DNA of 64,000 nucleotides from the human T2T-CHM13v2.0 reference genome, Homo sapiens: assembly GCF_009914755.1 (NCBI RefSeq), contig NC_060929.1. One strand, written 5' to 3'. Under the pieces are notes generated by a model that saw only the letters and a list, made by a program, of their open reading frames with translations, was not told where the DNA came from and did no database searches. This document shows positions 46,493 to 62,684 of this stretch, one piece after another (the stretch's first letter is position 1; each line of letters begins with the position of its first letter). The position numbers were made by a program, and so were the translations under genes.

Positions 46493-49400
46493 GAAAAATA
46501 ACTACAACAACTTTTTAAGACACAGATAGTATAATAATACATAAATAGAAATAACAAAAAGTTAAAAATTGGAGGGATGAAGTGAAATCTAGAGTTTTTA
46601 TTAGTTTTCTCTGTTTATTTTTGCAATCAATGTCAAGTTGTCATCAGTTTAAAATAACAGGCTATAAGATATTACTCACAAGCCTCAAGTAACCTCAAAC
46701 CAAAAAGCATACAACAGATACACAAAAAATAAGAAGCAAGAAGTTAAAACATACCACCAGAGAAAATCACCTTCACAAAAAGGAAGACAGGAAGGAAGGA
46801 AAGAAAAGAATATCACAAAACAACCAGAAAACAAATAACAGAATGGCAGGAGTAAGTCCTCACTTATCAATAATAACACTGAATGTAAATGAACTAAACT
46901 CTTCAATCAAAAGACACAGAGTGGCTGAATTGATAAAAAAGACATTACAACTGATACTGCAGAAATTCAAAGGATTATTAGAGACTTCTAATGAGCAACT
47001 ATATGCCAATAAATTGGAAAACCTAGAAGAAATGGACAAATTCCTAGACACATACAACCTACCAAGATCAAACCATGAAGAAATCCAAAACCTGAACAGA
47101 TTGACAACAAGTAATAAAATCAAAGTCATAATAAAAAGTCTCCCAGCAAAGAAAAGCCCAGGACCCAATGGCTTCACTGCTGAATTTTACCAAACATTTA
47201 AAGAACTAACACAAATCCTACTCAAACTATTCTGAAAAACAGAGGAGGAGGGATACTTCCAAACTCAATCTACGAGGCCAGTATTGCCCTGATTCCAAAA
47301 CCAGAAACAGACACATCAAAAAAAGAAAACTGCAGGCCAATATCCCTGATAGACACTCATGCAAAAATCCTCAAGAAAACACTAGCAAAATGAATTCAAG
47401 AACACGTTGAAAAGGTCATCCATCTGATCAATTCAGATTTATACTAGGAATACAAGAATGGTTTGACATATGCAAATCAATCAATGTGATATATCATATT
47501 AATAGAATGAAGGAAAAAAGCCATATGAGCATTCCTATTGATGCTGAGAAAGCATTGATAAAATTCGGCATCCCTTTATGATAAAAACCCTAAAAAACCC
47601 TGAATATACAGGGAACATACCTCAACACTATAAAAGTCATATATGACAGACCCACAGCTAGTATCATACTGAATGGGGAAAAATTGAAAGCCTTTCCTTT
47701 AAGATCCATAACAAGACAAGGATGCCCACTTTCACCACTGTTATTCAATATAGTACTGGAAGTCCTAGGTAAAGCAATCAGACAAGAGAAAGATATAAAG
47801 GGCATCAAAATTGGAAAGAAAGAAGTCAAATTATCCTGTTTTCAGGTGATAAATCTCACATTTGGAAAAACCTAAAAACTCCACCAAAAAACTATTAGAA
47901 GTGATACACAAATTCTGTAAAGCTGCAGTACACAAAATCAACATTCAAAAATCAGTGGCATTTCTATATGTCAACCGTGAACAATTTGAAAAAGAAATCC
48001 CATTTACAATTGCTATAACACAAATAAAATACCAAGGAATTAGCCAAATAAGTGAAAGATCTCTACAATGAAAACTATAAAACACTGATGCAAGGAATTG
48101 AAGAGGACACAAAAAATAAAAAGGTATTCCATTTTCATGGATTGGAAGAATCAATATTGTTAAAATGTCCATACTACCCAAAGCAATCTACAATTTCGAT
48201 GCAATCTCTATCAAAATACCAACGACATTCTTAACAGAAATAGAAAAAGCAATCCTAAAATTTATATGGAACCACAAAAGAGCCTCAACTGCCAAAGCTA
48301 TCTTGAGTAAAAAGTGCAAAACTGGAGGAATCACATTATCTGCCTTTAAACTACATAATAAAGTGATAAACAAAACAGCATGGTGTTAGGATAAAAACAG
48401 ACCAATGGTACAGAATAGAGAACTCCAAAATAAATCCATATATCTACAGTGAACTCATTTTTGACAAGGGCTCCTAGAACATACAATGAGGAAAGGATAG
48501 TCTCTTCAATAAATGGTGCCAGGAAAACTGGAAAACTGGATATATGCAGAAGAATGAAACTAGACCAGTTATCTCCCCATATATAAAAATCAAATCAAAA
48601 TGATTTAAAGACTTAAATCTAATAACTCAAATTATGAAACTAATACAAGAAAGCATTGGAGAAACTCTCCAGGATATTGGACTGGGCAAAAATTTATTTA
48701 GTAATAACCTACAAGCACAGGCAATCTAAGCAAAAGTGAACAAATGGGATCACATCAAGTTAAAAAGCTTCTGCACAGCAAAGGAAACTATCAACAAAAT
48801 GAAGACATAACCCACAGAATAGGAGAAAATATTTGTAAACTATCTTTCTGACAAGAGGTTAATAACCAGAATATATAAGGAATTCAAACAACTCCATGAG
48901 AAAAAAAATTTAATAATAAGATTAAAAATGGGCAAAAGATTTGAATTTCTCAAAAAAAAAAAAAAAAAAGACATACAAATGGCAAACAGGCAAAAACAGG
49001 CATTTTATAGTTTTCATTGCAGAGATCTTTCACTTATTTGGCTAATTCCTTGATATTTTATTTGTGTTATAGCAATTGTAAATGGGGTTTCTTTTTCAGA
49101 TTGTTTGCTGTTGACATATAGAAATGCTACTGATTTTTGAATCACTGATCATCAAAAAGATGTAAATCAAAGCTACAATGAGATATCATCTCACCCCAGT
49201 TAAAATGGGTTTTATCCAAAAGACAGACAATAATGTAATGTAAATTAGTACAACTACTATGGAGAACAGTTTGGAGGCCCCTCAAAAAAATTAAAAAAAA
49301 AAAAAAAGCTACCATGTGTTTCAGCAATTCCACTGCTAGGTATATAACCAAAACAAGGAAATCACTATATCAAAGAAATGTCTGCACTCCCATGTTTATT

Positions 49401-50682
49401 GCAGCAGTACTCACAATAGCCAAGATTTGGAAGCAACCTAAGTGTCCATCAACATATGAATGGATAAAGAAAATGTGGTACATATACACAACAGAGTACT
49501 ATTCAGCCATTAAAAAGAATGAGATCCAGTCATTTGCAATAATATGGGTGGAGTTAGAGGTCACTATGTTAAGTGAAATAAGCCAGGCACAGAAAGACAA
49601 ACTTCACATGTTCCCACTTATTTACGGGGCTGGGAGGGGTTATGGGTAGAGGGGAGGGTGGGAAGTGGGAATGGTTAATGGATACAAAAATATAGTTAGA
49701 GTGAATAATATCCAGTATTTGATAGAACAGGGTGACTACAGTCAATAATGTAATTGTACATTTTAAAATAACTAAATGAATATAATTGGATTGTTTGTAA
49801 CATAAAGAAAAATAAATGCTTGAGGTGAAGAGCATGTACGAAAATTTTTTAAAACCCCAGAAAAACAAACAAAAAAGAAATTCATACCTGAGAAATCATG
49901 CATTGTTTTTGATGGAAAGAGGTTCAGAGTTCTCCTGCTATCTATGTGTACTTACTGCTATTTTCAAAACATCCATTTTTAAAGAGCAGTTTCTTATCTA
50001 AACTTTTTTACACAGCTTAAAACTTAAGAATACTATACTAAAATAGCAGAGAAGTCCAATGCTGGTCCTTAATTTTCCACATCCTATTTCTAAGCAAAGG
50101 GCTCCTATTTTAAAATAACAACAACAAAATCTATTTTATTCAGACAGCAAAGCTTCCTCTAGGGAAAATCCATAACTCAAATAATAGCTGGGTTTATTTT
50201 TTTTGCAGGAATGTTGAATAAATTAGTGAAATCCAAATTCCTCAAATCTGAAACAACTGAATTTAATACCAACTTTTGGATGGAACGCTATCAAACTTAA
50301 ACTTAAATTAATTTCTTTTATCAAATATAAGTATCTTATTGAAATATCAGTTTTCAATTTTTTCAAAAATTCAAAATTTCAAATATAAATGTAAAATTTA
50401 TCAAATATAAATAATGTTCTTTCAAAAGACGTAATAACATTCATCATGGGAATGTTGAATATAACAGGAAATTTATTCATTTCAATTTAAATAATACTAT
50501 TTACAGACTCACTCCTACATTTAAATCAATATTTTCTGCTGTAGTTCTTACATTTTGTAGAGAATAAATGCTGCAAAGCCAACGTAAAATTTTCGAATCA
50601 CAGTATACATTCATTTATTCATTTATTCATTCATTTAAAAAATGGTTGCTGAGTGTTTAAGAGTCTGGACAATCAGGGAAGA

Positions 50683-51112
50683 TGTTATGGGTTGAATTGT
50701 GTCCCCTGAAACCTAACCTCCAGTATCTTAACATGTGATCTTATTTGGAATAGGGTTGTTGCAGATTTAATTAGCTAAGTTAAGATGAGGTTATACTGGA
50801 GTGGGATGAACTCTAATCCAATATGACTGGTGTCCTTACAAAACAATGAAGTTTGGACACTGGCACGCAGGGAGAACACCATGTGAAGATGAAGGCAGGG
50901 GTCTACAAGTCAAGGAATGCCAAAGATCGTAGACCACCAGAAGACAGAAGACAAACATGGAACAGATTTTCCCTAGAACCCTCAGAAGGAACCAACCCTG
51001 CAGATACCTTAATCTTGAACGTTAGTCCCCAGAACTGTGAGCCAATATTTTCTATTGTTTAAGCCACCCAGTTTGTAGTAGTTTTGTTACAGCAGTCCTA
51101 GGAAGCTAATAA
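50683..51112 (+). mobile_element. MLT1 (MaLR) LTR
   Basis: tgttatgggttgaattgtgtcccc ... taagccacccagtttgtagta...ctaata. Confidence 0.85.
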
Positions 51113-51261
51113 AGCTTCCCTGAAGAATTATCATTTATGTTAAGACTTGAAAATGAAATAGGAATTAGCTGAAGAGAGTGCTGAAAAGAGCATTCTAATA
51201 GTTTGGGAATAGCATGCTCAAAGATAGAAAAGAAAGACAATGTGTGTAATAATTAAGCATA

Positions 51262-51455
51262 TGGTCATCAAGCCAGATCAATTCAGTCCACTACTTGTTC
51301 TCATACTAGAACACACCCACTCTCATTCATTTATTTACTGGCTATGGCTGCTTTCATCCTACAATGACAGAGTAGTTGCAATAGAAATGACATTGCACAC
51401 AAAGCCTAAAATATTTACTATCTGGCCCTTTACAGAAAAGTTTGTCAGTCCCTGT
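51262..51455 (+). mobile_element. MER58A-like hAT MITE, followed by a MIR
   Basis: aagcctaaaatatttactatctggccctttacagaaaagtttgtcagtccctg. Confidence 0.75.
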
Positions 51456-52571
51456 TTAAGGCAAGACTGCCTGGCTCTTATCACTTCCTAGCCATGTAGA
51501 CATGAGAAAGTTACTTAATCTCTCCGTGCCTCATATTCTTCATTTATAGAATGGGGATTTACAAAAATCTCTATCATAAAGTCATGAGAATTAAATATAT
51601 GTATAGTGCTTAGAAAGTCCCTCTTAGGCAAATAGTAAGTCTATATAATTGTTTACTATAATTATCACCATTACTAAGTTTGAGGAACGAAAGTTGAGTG
51701 TTAGGTAAATATTAAGTCTATAGAATTGTTTATTATTTCATCAACATTAGCAAGTTTGAGAAACCAAAGATGACCAGTGCAAGAAAATAGAGGCTTGGGA
51801 TACAGCTGGAGAGCTAAACATAGGCCAAATTATTTTTCTGTAGGCTGCATTAAAACATTTTGGAGTTTATTCTAACATGAATGAAAAGCCTTCAACAGGA
51901 GTTTTAATTTGGAGAGTATCATCAGCTGAGTAGCATATTTTCCCTGGGAAGCAAAAATGTGAGGTGACTACAATAATCTCTTTAAATCCATAACAAAATT
52001 TTTATTTAACACAGAAAAATTTTATAATTTGTTGTATATTTTTATGTACAGTATTGAAAGTTATACTTTCAACAACTTTGTGAAACTAGGTTAAGTCATC
52101 AAGTAAAATGAAGTGTCTTATTAAGATTACAGATAGGAAACAAAACTTACCAATACAAACTCCCATGCAAATTGTTCTTTAAAGAGGTTTCCAGAATTGG
52201 TGGGATTACCTTAGGTTAACCTTTCGGAAATAAGTGTCCTCTGGTCATTATTCTCAGTTCTACTATGTTAGGGTAACCATACAATTTATCATTTAATCTC
52301 GGAGACTTTTGAAAATTAAAGAGGGTACTATTAAAAGTTACCTCAAAATAATAGGCGTAGCCCTGCACTATTGAATATATTTTCCATGAATCTCTGTCAG
52401 ACAGAAGATGGACAAGACACATCATGAGGCTGAACTGCTAAAAAGTCATCCTGGATGAGACATCCTGAAGGATTGCACAACACCAGTTTTGCAGTCTGAA
52501 GCCCATCAATGCACTAACAACAACAACAAACCAAAAGTGACTAAAAGGGGATACATATGACTTAGTGACTA

Positions 52572-52880
<309 letters not shown>

Positions 52881-53562
52881 TTAACACAGGAGACACTGTT
52901 TCTACTGCAGTTAAAATTAGCATCTAGAATAATTCATGGCAATAATATGTATATATTTTCCCAAAGGAAACATTTTTCATTAGGTGATTTCTTATTCTAT
53001 ATTAAACAAAAGAAGTTTGAAAATGTTTCAAATTAACCTGTGTTGCTGACCTAGCAAATCTCAGGAATACAATAGTGAGACCTAGCACTGCTGATCTATT
53101 CCTAAATTTTCAGATGTAGACCTTCACATATATTACAAATCATAAGTATAAAACAGATTTCAATTTTATTGAAATATCTAAATCCAAGGTAACATTAAGA
53201 ACAAATATGCCTTCAAATTATAATCAAAACAAAAAAAATCACAAGTTCCAATGAAAAATAAAACCAGTTATTTTATCATAAAAATTTTGAAATTCTATCC
53301 AAAAATCATAAGGGTTATTACTTTTAATATATAGCCATTAGACTAATCATTAATCTTTTGCCTAAAATCTATATTTAAAGATGTCATTCCATATTTTCTT
53401 AGTAATATGGATTATTCACATATTCTTTTGGGGAAATCCATAAAATATGTAACAATATATTTCTCAATGAAATGTCTTTTTACCTGCACATATGAAATTA
53501 AAAATGATTTTTTAAAAATGCAAACATACATTAAAGCAATGTTAAGAAGACTACTTTTCTTA

Positions 53563-53754
<192 letters not shown>

Positions 53755-55193
53755 TTAAAAACCCAAATAATTGATATGTCTGTATAATCTCAAAGTGCCA
53801 GAAATATGTGAATCTCAATTTTAATGAATAGGTCTTCTCATTAATAAATGTTTATAAGTAATCATGAATACTTAATAACTATAATAGATGACTGAGTATT
53901 TTTGTAATATAAAATTTTAGGGAAAGCAAATGGGTCTTTAAAGCCTTTATGAAGAGTCTGGACTACATTCAAAGAAAACATTTTTGATCAAATTTTAGTT
54001 TCCTAAGGCTTCACACGGAGAATGGATAAAAGGGGAACAAAATTGGAACTAGTTGGGAGGGGGAAGGGTGATGATGGTGGTAAGAAGCAAAAAGGGAGAA
54101 GGTCAGTTGACAGCATACTGACTTTGAAGTAGTACCTAGGAGACATCCAAGAGGAGCTGCACACAAACCCAGCTTCAGGGTTCAGGAGAGCGGACTAAAA
54201 ATATGGATAGCTTCCGAAGTCATCACTGTATCAATGGCAGTGAAATAACATCAGTAGATACTCAACTGTAAGAATGAGTATGGAGAATGTGAAGGAAAGA
54301 ACTGAGACAGAACTCTGAGAAATATCAACTTTTAAGAGAGGTAGAGAACAGAAGGAGGGTAGACCAGCAAAAGAGACTGAGACAGAACAATAGTGGGGCA
54401 AGGAAGAAAACCAAGGAGCATATGGATTAGGAACTAAGAGAGGAAAGTTAAAGTGGAGAGAGAGAATCAAATGCCGCCAAGAGGTGAAGTAAATTAAGAA
54501 CCTGTATGTATAAGTGGAGGAGAATAGAAAGCAGAGTACTATGGTTAAGAAATAAGTAAACAATGAGCAAGTGGAGATATCAAATATAGAGAATTTATTT
54601 AAGAAGTTTGGCTGGGTAGGATAAACTATGGCATATACATATAATGGGGTATGTTACAGAAATGGAAAAGAACAGAATACTGATACATACAGCACAGCAT
54701 AGATGAATTTCCCAAATATGTGAGCAAAGAGAGATGCAAAAAAGTTCACAATGTATAATTCTATGCTTATAAAGTTCATAAACAGGCAAAAACTAATCTA
54801 TGGTGACGGAAGTCAGAATCATGGTTACTTCTGGGGAGTGCGGGATGACTACACAGGGAAGCGTGAGCGAGGCTTCTGGGGGCATTGCTAATGTTCTATA
54901 ACATCATCTGAGTGCTGGTGTATGGGTGTATTCACTTTGAAAAAAGTCAAACTAAACACAATCTATGCATTTTTCGGTACGAACTTATGCTTCAATTTTA
55001 AAAAGTTTCTAAAAAAATTTAGTTGTGATCAGATCAACAAGGCAGAAGCTGGAAAGGAATCTGAATTGAGAGACTTTCATTTTTGTTTGTTTTCTTTTCA
55101 AAAGATGAGAGAAATGTGCATGCTTCGTTGAAATTGAAAGCTACAAGTATGTAACAAGAGCTGAAGGGGATGGATCCATATTTTAGGAAGAAG

Positions 55194-56790
55194 TGATGGC
55201 AGCAGCAGCTTGTCTGGAGTGGCCCCCAGCAAAGTTGCTGGCCGCAGTGTGGGGGGACTGGCGGGGACTGTGCACTCCATGGAGCTAGCAGGAGCTGGGA
55301 AGAGGTGGGAGCCCCACCCCCTTCCGAGTTGGCGGGGCAGGAGCCCTGCTCTGGGCATAGCTGCAGCTGCCCAGCTGTGGCTGTGGACCCAGGCATCCCT
55401 GCACTTTCGGGGACCCAGAAAGCCCCCATACCCCTACAGGCTTGGAAGTACCTGCTCCTGACACCTGCTCTGATTTTGGAGAAAAGTTGTGACTGAATCC
55501 AGGCACTGTTGTAACCTAGCTGGGTGTGCACACATGCTCAGGGCAGCACTGACACCAGCCCCCGGCTGCCTCAGCCCACTCTGGACTTTGGACATCAACA
55601 AGCACAGAAGGGAGGCTGACAGTGGGGCTGAGGGCAGCTCAGCATGGGCCTGCAGGCACTGGTTGGCATGAACAGCCTGGGTGCCATAAATGACATGATT
55701 GATGGTGGCAGGAGGCAGATAGGCTCCTGGGCAGAAGTGGGCAGGTCCCCGGTGAAGCCCCACCTTCAAGCCAGGGACAGCCTGAAGCATGGAGGCCAGG
55801 CCATCAGCTCTGTGGACCAGAGTGAGAACTTAGGGTGCTTTATCCAGGTCTGCCTATGGCCCAATCAGTGCACACTTTCTCCTCTCTGAAGCCCATAAAA
55901 ACCCCAGACTCAGCCCCACTTAGGTAGATGACAGGACAACCTGACTACAGATAGGAGCTATCTACTTCAGGTCTCCTCTCTACTGGGGGCTGCACAGACG
56001 ATTGGGATAACCTGCCTGCAGATAGGAGCTACCCACTCTGGGGCTCCTCTCCACTGAGAGCTATACTTGTCAGGACAACCTGCCTGCAGAAAGGAGCTAT
56101 CCACTTTGGGTCTCCTGAGAGTTGTACTATCACTCAATAAAGCACCTCTTCACCTTGCTCACCCTCCAGTTGTCTGCATACCTCATTCTTCCTGGATGTA
56201 GGACAAGAACTCAGGACCTGCTGAATGGCAGAACTGAAGGAGCTGAAACACAAACAGGGCTGAAACATGGCCCTGCCACTTGCCATGTTGCAGGTGACGA
56301 GAAGAGAAGAGCTGTGGCCCTTCCAGGAGCCCAGATCTAGGGGCTCCCCAAGCTAGGGCTGTGACACCCTCTTTGGAGCTCTGAGGTTTCTGGCATCTCC
56401 AAGCTTCTGGGTACCACCACATTCCTCTCATCCAGATGCAGGTGCCCACAGCAGAAGCTGCTTGCAGTGCATCTGACCCAGCCACAGGCTTTCACAGAGC
56501 CGACACCTGTGCCGATGCCTGGAGCTGCCCACCCTGCCACAGCAGCCAGCGTGTCTGGCTGTGCTCAGTGGCTGGATCCCATGCTCACTCACTCACACAC
56601 CCCTCACCACTCCATGCCTGGCTCGCCCTTGGGAGTCATGAGATCAGAGCCAGGAGCATGAGCTAAGTGCAACCTGCCAGGCTGAGTAAGCGGAATAAGC
56701 CCAGCGGGCCTGAGTAAAATTCAGGCAAAGGTGCTACTGGCCATAGAGGTTTCCAGCTGGCAAAACAACACCCCTAAGGATCCTGTGACA
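55194..56790 (+). mobile_element. MER52-type long GC-rich ERV1 solo LTR, inserted into L2, antisense to LMBRD2
   Basis: TGATGGCAGC...CCTGTGACA termini; TSD GAAG (55190-55193, 56791-56794); AATAAA at 56136-56141; internal ~55-65 bp repeats. Confidence 0.85.
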
Positions 56791-57395
56791 GAAGTATTGG
56801 CTTTAACAAGCATGACTCTTCCATCTTTGGAGGGGAAAGAAAAAAAGATGGGTAGGTATGTAGATTTGTTGGTGAGAAGCTGAAAGAGCTGCCGTCTGAT
56901 GACTCCTGTTTTAACTGCTGGATGGAAAGTAGTCATCTGCTAAGAGGCTAAGAGTAAAGATGATTTTGTTGTTGTTGTTAGGGAGCACAAGAGAGAAAGC
57001 CATAAAGAGGACGGAAGTTTGAAGTGAATGGAAATATTTCTTGTAGAAAATGGAAAGAAAGCAAACTAAAAAAAACAAAGAAGGAAAGTCTGGCAATGTT
57101 GAGAGCCCAGTTGAATTTAATAGACATGACTTTACAAAAGCACTACTCTGCTATGTAATTTTTCTCTTGCAATGTTCAGTGCCTCCAGTTTTAGAGTGCA
57201 GTTGTTTGCAGATCTAAGAGATGCTTAGTAGACAGTGGATAACTATGAGTTTGGAGCACAGCAGAAAGATAAAAATAATGGGTAGAAAGATTCAGAATGC
57301 ATATGACACATAAATAAATTCCAAACTATATTGATTGAAAAACATTTTATTCCTTTAGCCAAAATTTTAAAAATTTTATCATTTACTGTAACTTA

Positions 57396-57521
<126 letters not shown>

Positions 57522-58733
57522 TCATAAATGACTACTTAAATGAATTATACAATTAATTTGCATGTGGCCAAGTAAATTTACATTCAGATTTTAAATTACT
57601 GACTCTAATAATCAATAACCCATAAAATTTCAAAGAAATTTTAAAATTCAAAGCTGACTGCCAAACTAAAAAAACACACAAAAGCAACAAAATAGATTGT
57701 TCTGAAAATGTCATTTAAGTTTTCAACTTTCAGTGTATTTTTAGTCATTGGGTAAAAAGAAAACTTAATGTTCAACTAATAGACTAAAAGTGCAACAATC
57801 ATTAAAAGCAAATGTATTATGAAATAAAATTTCTAATGATTACCTTTAAAATACACAATCCATTTATAGGTTGGGTTTTTTTTTTTTCAGGTTATAGGGG
57901 TTGGGAGGGGAAAACATTAGGTAATTAATTCCTGAAAATTGTAATGCTAATTAAATCACTCACTATAACATAGCTTCTATGGAGATGCATGCTAGCAATT
58001 ATACATAATTCTGTTTAAATTTTTGAAGACATGATGAGTCTCTGATCATAAATTCTGCCATGGAGCCATATTCCTAAGCTAGAAGGATATCCCAAGAACT
58101 TGCAACAATCTGTAGCTGCTGCTGATCTTTATCCAGTTTTTTTAATAGTGCTTCAAATGGAAGTAACACCTGCATTTTAAATTTACCTTTTCTGAAGTTA
58201 GATTTTTTAAAAATATGCATAAAGAAGCATGCAAATACTACTGAAAGCATTCATAAAGGCTATAGTCAACATATATAAGCTTTTTACTTAAAAGTTCGAT
58301 ATGAATTCAATATAATCTTTGGACAATTTGAACTTTATTAATTTTTTATGTAAATCTATAATGCTTTTGAAGGATGTGCAATATGAAAGGAATACCATAA
58401 GTTCAGAAATACTTGTCTTTATTATAACCTTGTAAATTAGGCAAAAGTGAAAATACATCCCACGTTTTTAAATCTGAGATAGGCTGAGAGGAAAAACAGG
58501 TTTTAGAAATTACATACTTGGTAAAGAAGAACCAGGACTAAAAAATCAGGACTTCTTCAAGTTTCTCACTACCGTCTACTGAAGGGCTTTGTGGACCAAT
58601 AAATATTAAAAATTAGATTTAATTAGAATATGATGTAATGAAAAGTCTACTAGGAAAGAATAGAGGTGGGGAGAATTAGTAGAGAATGAGGATAACTTAC
58701 ATAAATATAAAGTCTGGATGGTAAAAACTTTCA

Positions 58734-58889
<156 letters not shown>

Positions 58890-58979
58890 CTAAAGCAACG
58901 AATGTATGGTTTAAAAATGAGAATCAAAAGGTTACCAAGTACTTAAAGGACATCAGAGTTTATAAATCTATCTATCTAA

Positions 58980-59314
<335 letters not shown>

Positions 59315-59423
59315 CTTGGCTATGCTTTTTAATGATCAAATGGCCATATAATCTTTTAATTCAAAACTGACATAACTTAGCTGTCTTAAGAAATAACATT
59401 ATTTCCAACATGCTGTATGATTA

Positions 59424-59694
<271 letters not shown>

Positions 59695-60696
59695 ATCTAT
59701 AAAGTAAAAAGAAGGTTAAAATGCATCATTAACACAGGAAATGACATTTGGAAATTTCATCTGAATATTTATTAGTACATTAATACATTAATCAACTCTT
59801 TGGAGAAATGTCATGCTTCACATTGGACTATGAATAAGATTAAAAGGGTAATTCCTATCCTCAAGTACTTATATTTTATTTTTAAAGCACACTTAAAAAA
59901 TTTCACGTACCTTGTATTTTCAAAAACTTAACAAAAATTATTAGTTCTTACAATATTACAAATTAAGAAGTTCTTATTTTAGATGTGAACAGTTTTAATA
60001 CAGTGTCATCTGGAGTTTGTTTCTTAATATTATAAGTCCTAACAGAATAGTTTATGCAAATAAGCTGTTAACTAAATCCTAGGAAATTAGATACTTAGTA
60101 AAATACATTTTACTAAGATTATTCATCCTCTATAATTTAAGATTTTCTAAAAGAGAGGAAGGAAAAAACGGAAAGAGACCATTTAAAAGTAACCTTTTGT
60201 TTTTTGAAATAGTATTTTTCTTTTGTGTTAATTTCACCTAACAACTCAACTTTCATGAAATTCTTACTCACTGCTTTACAAAATATATTTATCACTTCCA
60301 TTTATCTACATAAATCTTTAAACTTACTTTGATAAATTCTCATTTTTAATTTTTCTACTATTTTATATGCAGAAAATTTATCAATGACTATTAAAGTCAT
60401 ACATTTGAAAACATTCTTAATTTTATGATACAGTCATCAGCGAATAGTTTACTTGATATCTCTCTACTCAAAAAAGTTAGAGTATAGAGATTTAAAGTCT
60501 CTATTTTAAAATTGAAAAATTTGATATCTCTCTATACTTAAAAAAATTTACTAATCAAAGGCAATATGAACTTTTTCTCCTTTGTAAAATCAATGTTAGA
60601 CTTTTGTTTATCTACATACTACAGTATTTCAAGGAATTGATTAATATCCTAACACAGAGAATCAAGAGTGTGATCAACCCAACAAAATAAAATAAG

Positions 60697-60992
<296 letters not shown>

Positions 60993-61689
60993 ACAAAATA
61001 AGGGAGAACCAATGAAATACTTCAAATCAACAAACATCTTTAACTAAAACTATTTAGAATAATAGAAAAGACAATTTAAGTACTTTAAATGGTTAAATTT
61101 AAATTTATATACAAAATACTCCTACATGAACTATCACATAGAAAAATCACATTTAATGAACAATTTTCTTCACTATTTTTTATATTGGTAAACAGTTTCC
61201 ATTTCAACTGTCAATATTTTCATTTTTCTTAATTATCTAAAATTGAACTTCTTTCATCAATCTCTACCCTCTTATCCTGCTATATTTTCCTTCAATGCAT
61301 TTATTCATCTGATATAATACACATTCTTTATATTTATTGTCTCTCCACACCTCTCCCCTTACCCCAGAGACTCTATGAGAGCAGAGACTTGACTATTTTA
61401 TTCCATACTATATTCCAGTTGTCTGATGTAGTTAGTACCTGGCATACAGTAGTATCAAGAAATATTTGTTGAAATAATAAAAAATACTGTGTAGTTTAGT
61501 ACATACACTATTTTTCTATTACTGACGACTTCAAAGGCAATGTAAAACTCGTGTAATGGTAAACTGATTTAACAAATACTTATTACAACTCAAAAGGCTT
61601 AAAACTCTGAACATTACCAAATACTACTCAAATTTTCAAATTTCATATTCTATGAAACAACTTATACCACAACAAAGTCAAATCTTATG

Positions 61690-61814
61690 TTTTAAAAAAT
61701 AGACAAGGTTTTGCCATGTTGCCTGGGCTGGTCTCGAACTCCTGAGCTCAAGTGATCCACCTGCCTCAGCTCCCAAAGTGCTGCAATTACAGGCATGCGC
61801 CACAGCGCCCAGCC
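61690..61814 (-). mobile_element. Alu left monomer (FLAM-like)
   Basis: Single arm; TSD aaatcttat. Confidence 0.85.
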
Positions 61815-62684
61815 AAATCTTATTTTTAAGCTAAGCATAGATTAAGTAGTTGGCTGAAAGCTCAATGCAGAATGTGCTGATAACAAAACCATCTTCGAGA
61901 TCTAGGGTTTTTTTTCTTTAAAAAAACCCAATTGATGTGAGTTTAAATATAACATAATTAACTGAAAATCCTTTTATGACTTGAACTAGACCTGAAATTG
62001 TCCAGTGCAAGGAATATGACAATCATACAAAAAAAAGACTAAATATTAGAGATTACCAAAGAAATGCTAAATAAAGCATGGCAGAGCCAAATGATGAAAT
62101 ATTACTGTAGTATAAGAAATAATGTTTGTTAAGATTATTTAATAACATCAGAAAATTACCCTAACAGCAATTGAAAATTTGGCACATATTTTTACATAAG
62201 CATAAAAAAGAGTAAGGTAACAATGAAATATATTAAAACATCAATAGTCTTTAGGTGGTAAGATTATGGGCATAATAAGCAAACAACAAAATCAGTTATA
62301 AACCTGACACTAGCTATTAATTTTTTTACTATGGCACTCTGTTTTTCAGTCTGATTCATAGTCAGCACTTTAAAGGGTTGTAGATGAAGAAATAGAATTA
62401 TGGATCCTTTATTCTAGTAATAAATGATTTGGTTACATACCTTCCCACACTTCATGTGTTAGTATCTTACCACTGCTGTAACAAATTACTACAAACTTAG
62501 TGACTTTAAACAACATCCATTTAGTATTAATATCTTATAGCTTCTGTAGGTCAGAAGTTCAAACATAGCATAGTTCAACTTAGTTCTCTGCTTAGGGTCA
62601 CACAAGTTTAAAATCAAGGTGTCAGCAGGTTTGCATCTTTCTCTGAAGAAGAATCCATTTCTAATCTCATTCAGGCTACTGGCA

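Noticed and set aside
55034-56666. Cluster of overlapping ORFs on both strands
   Set aside because: Explained by the GC-rich MER52-type LTR, which has few stop codons.
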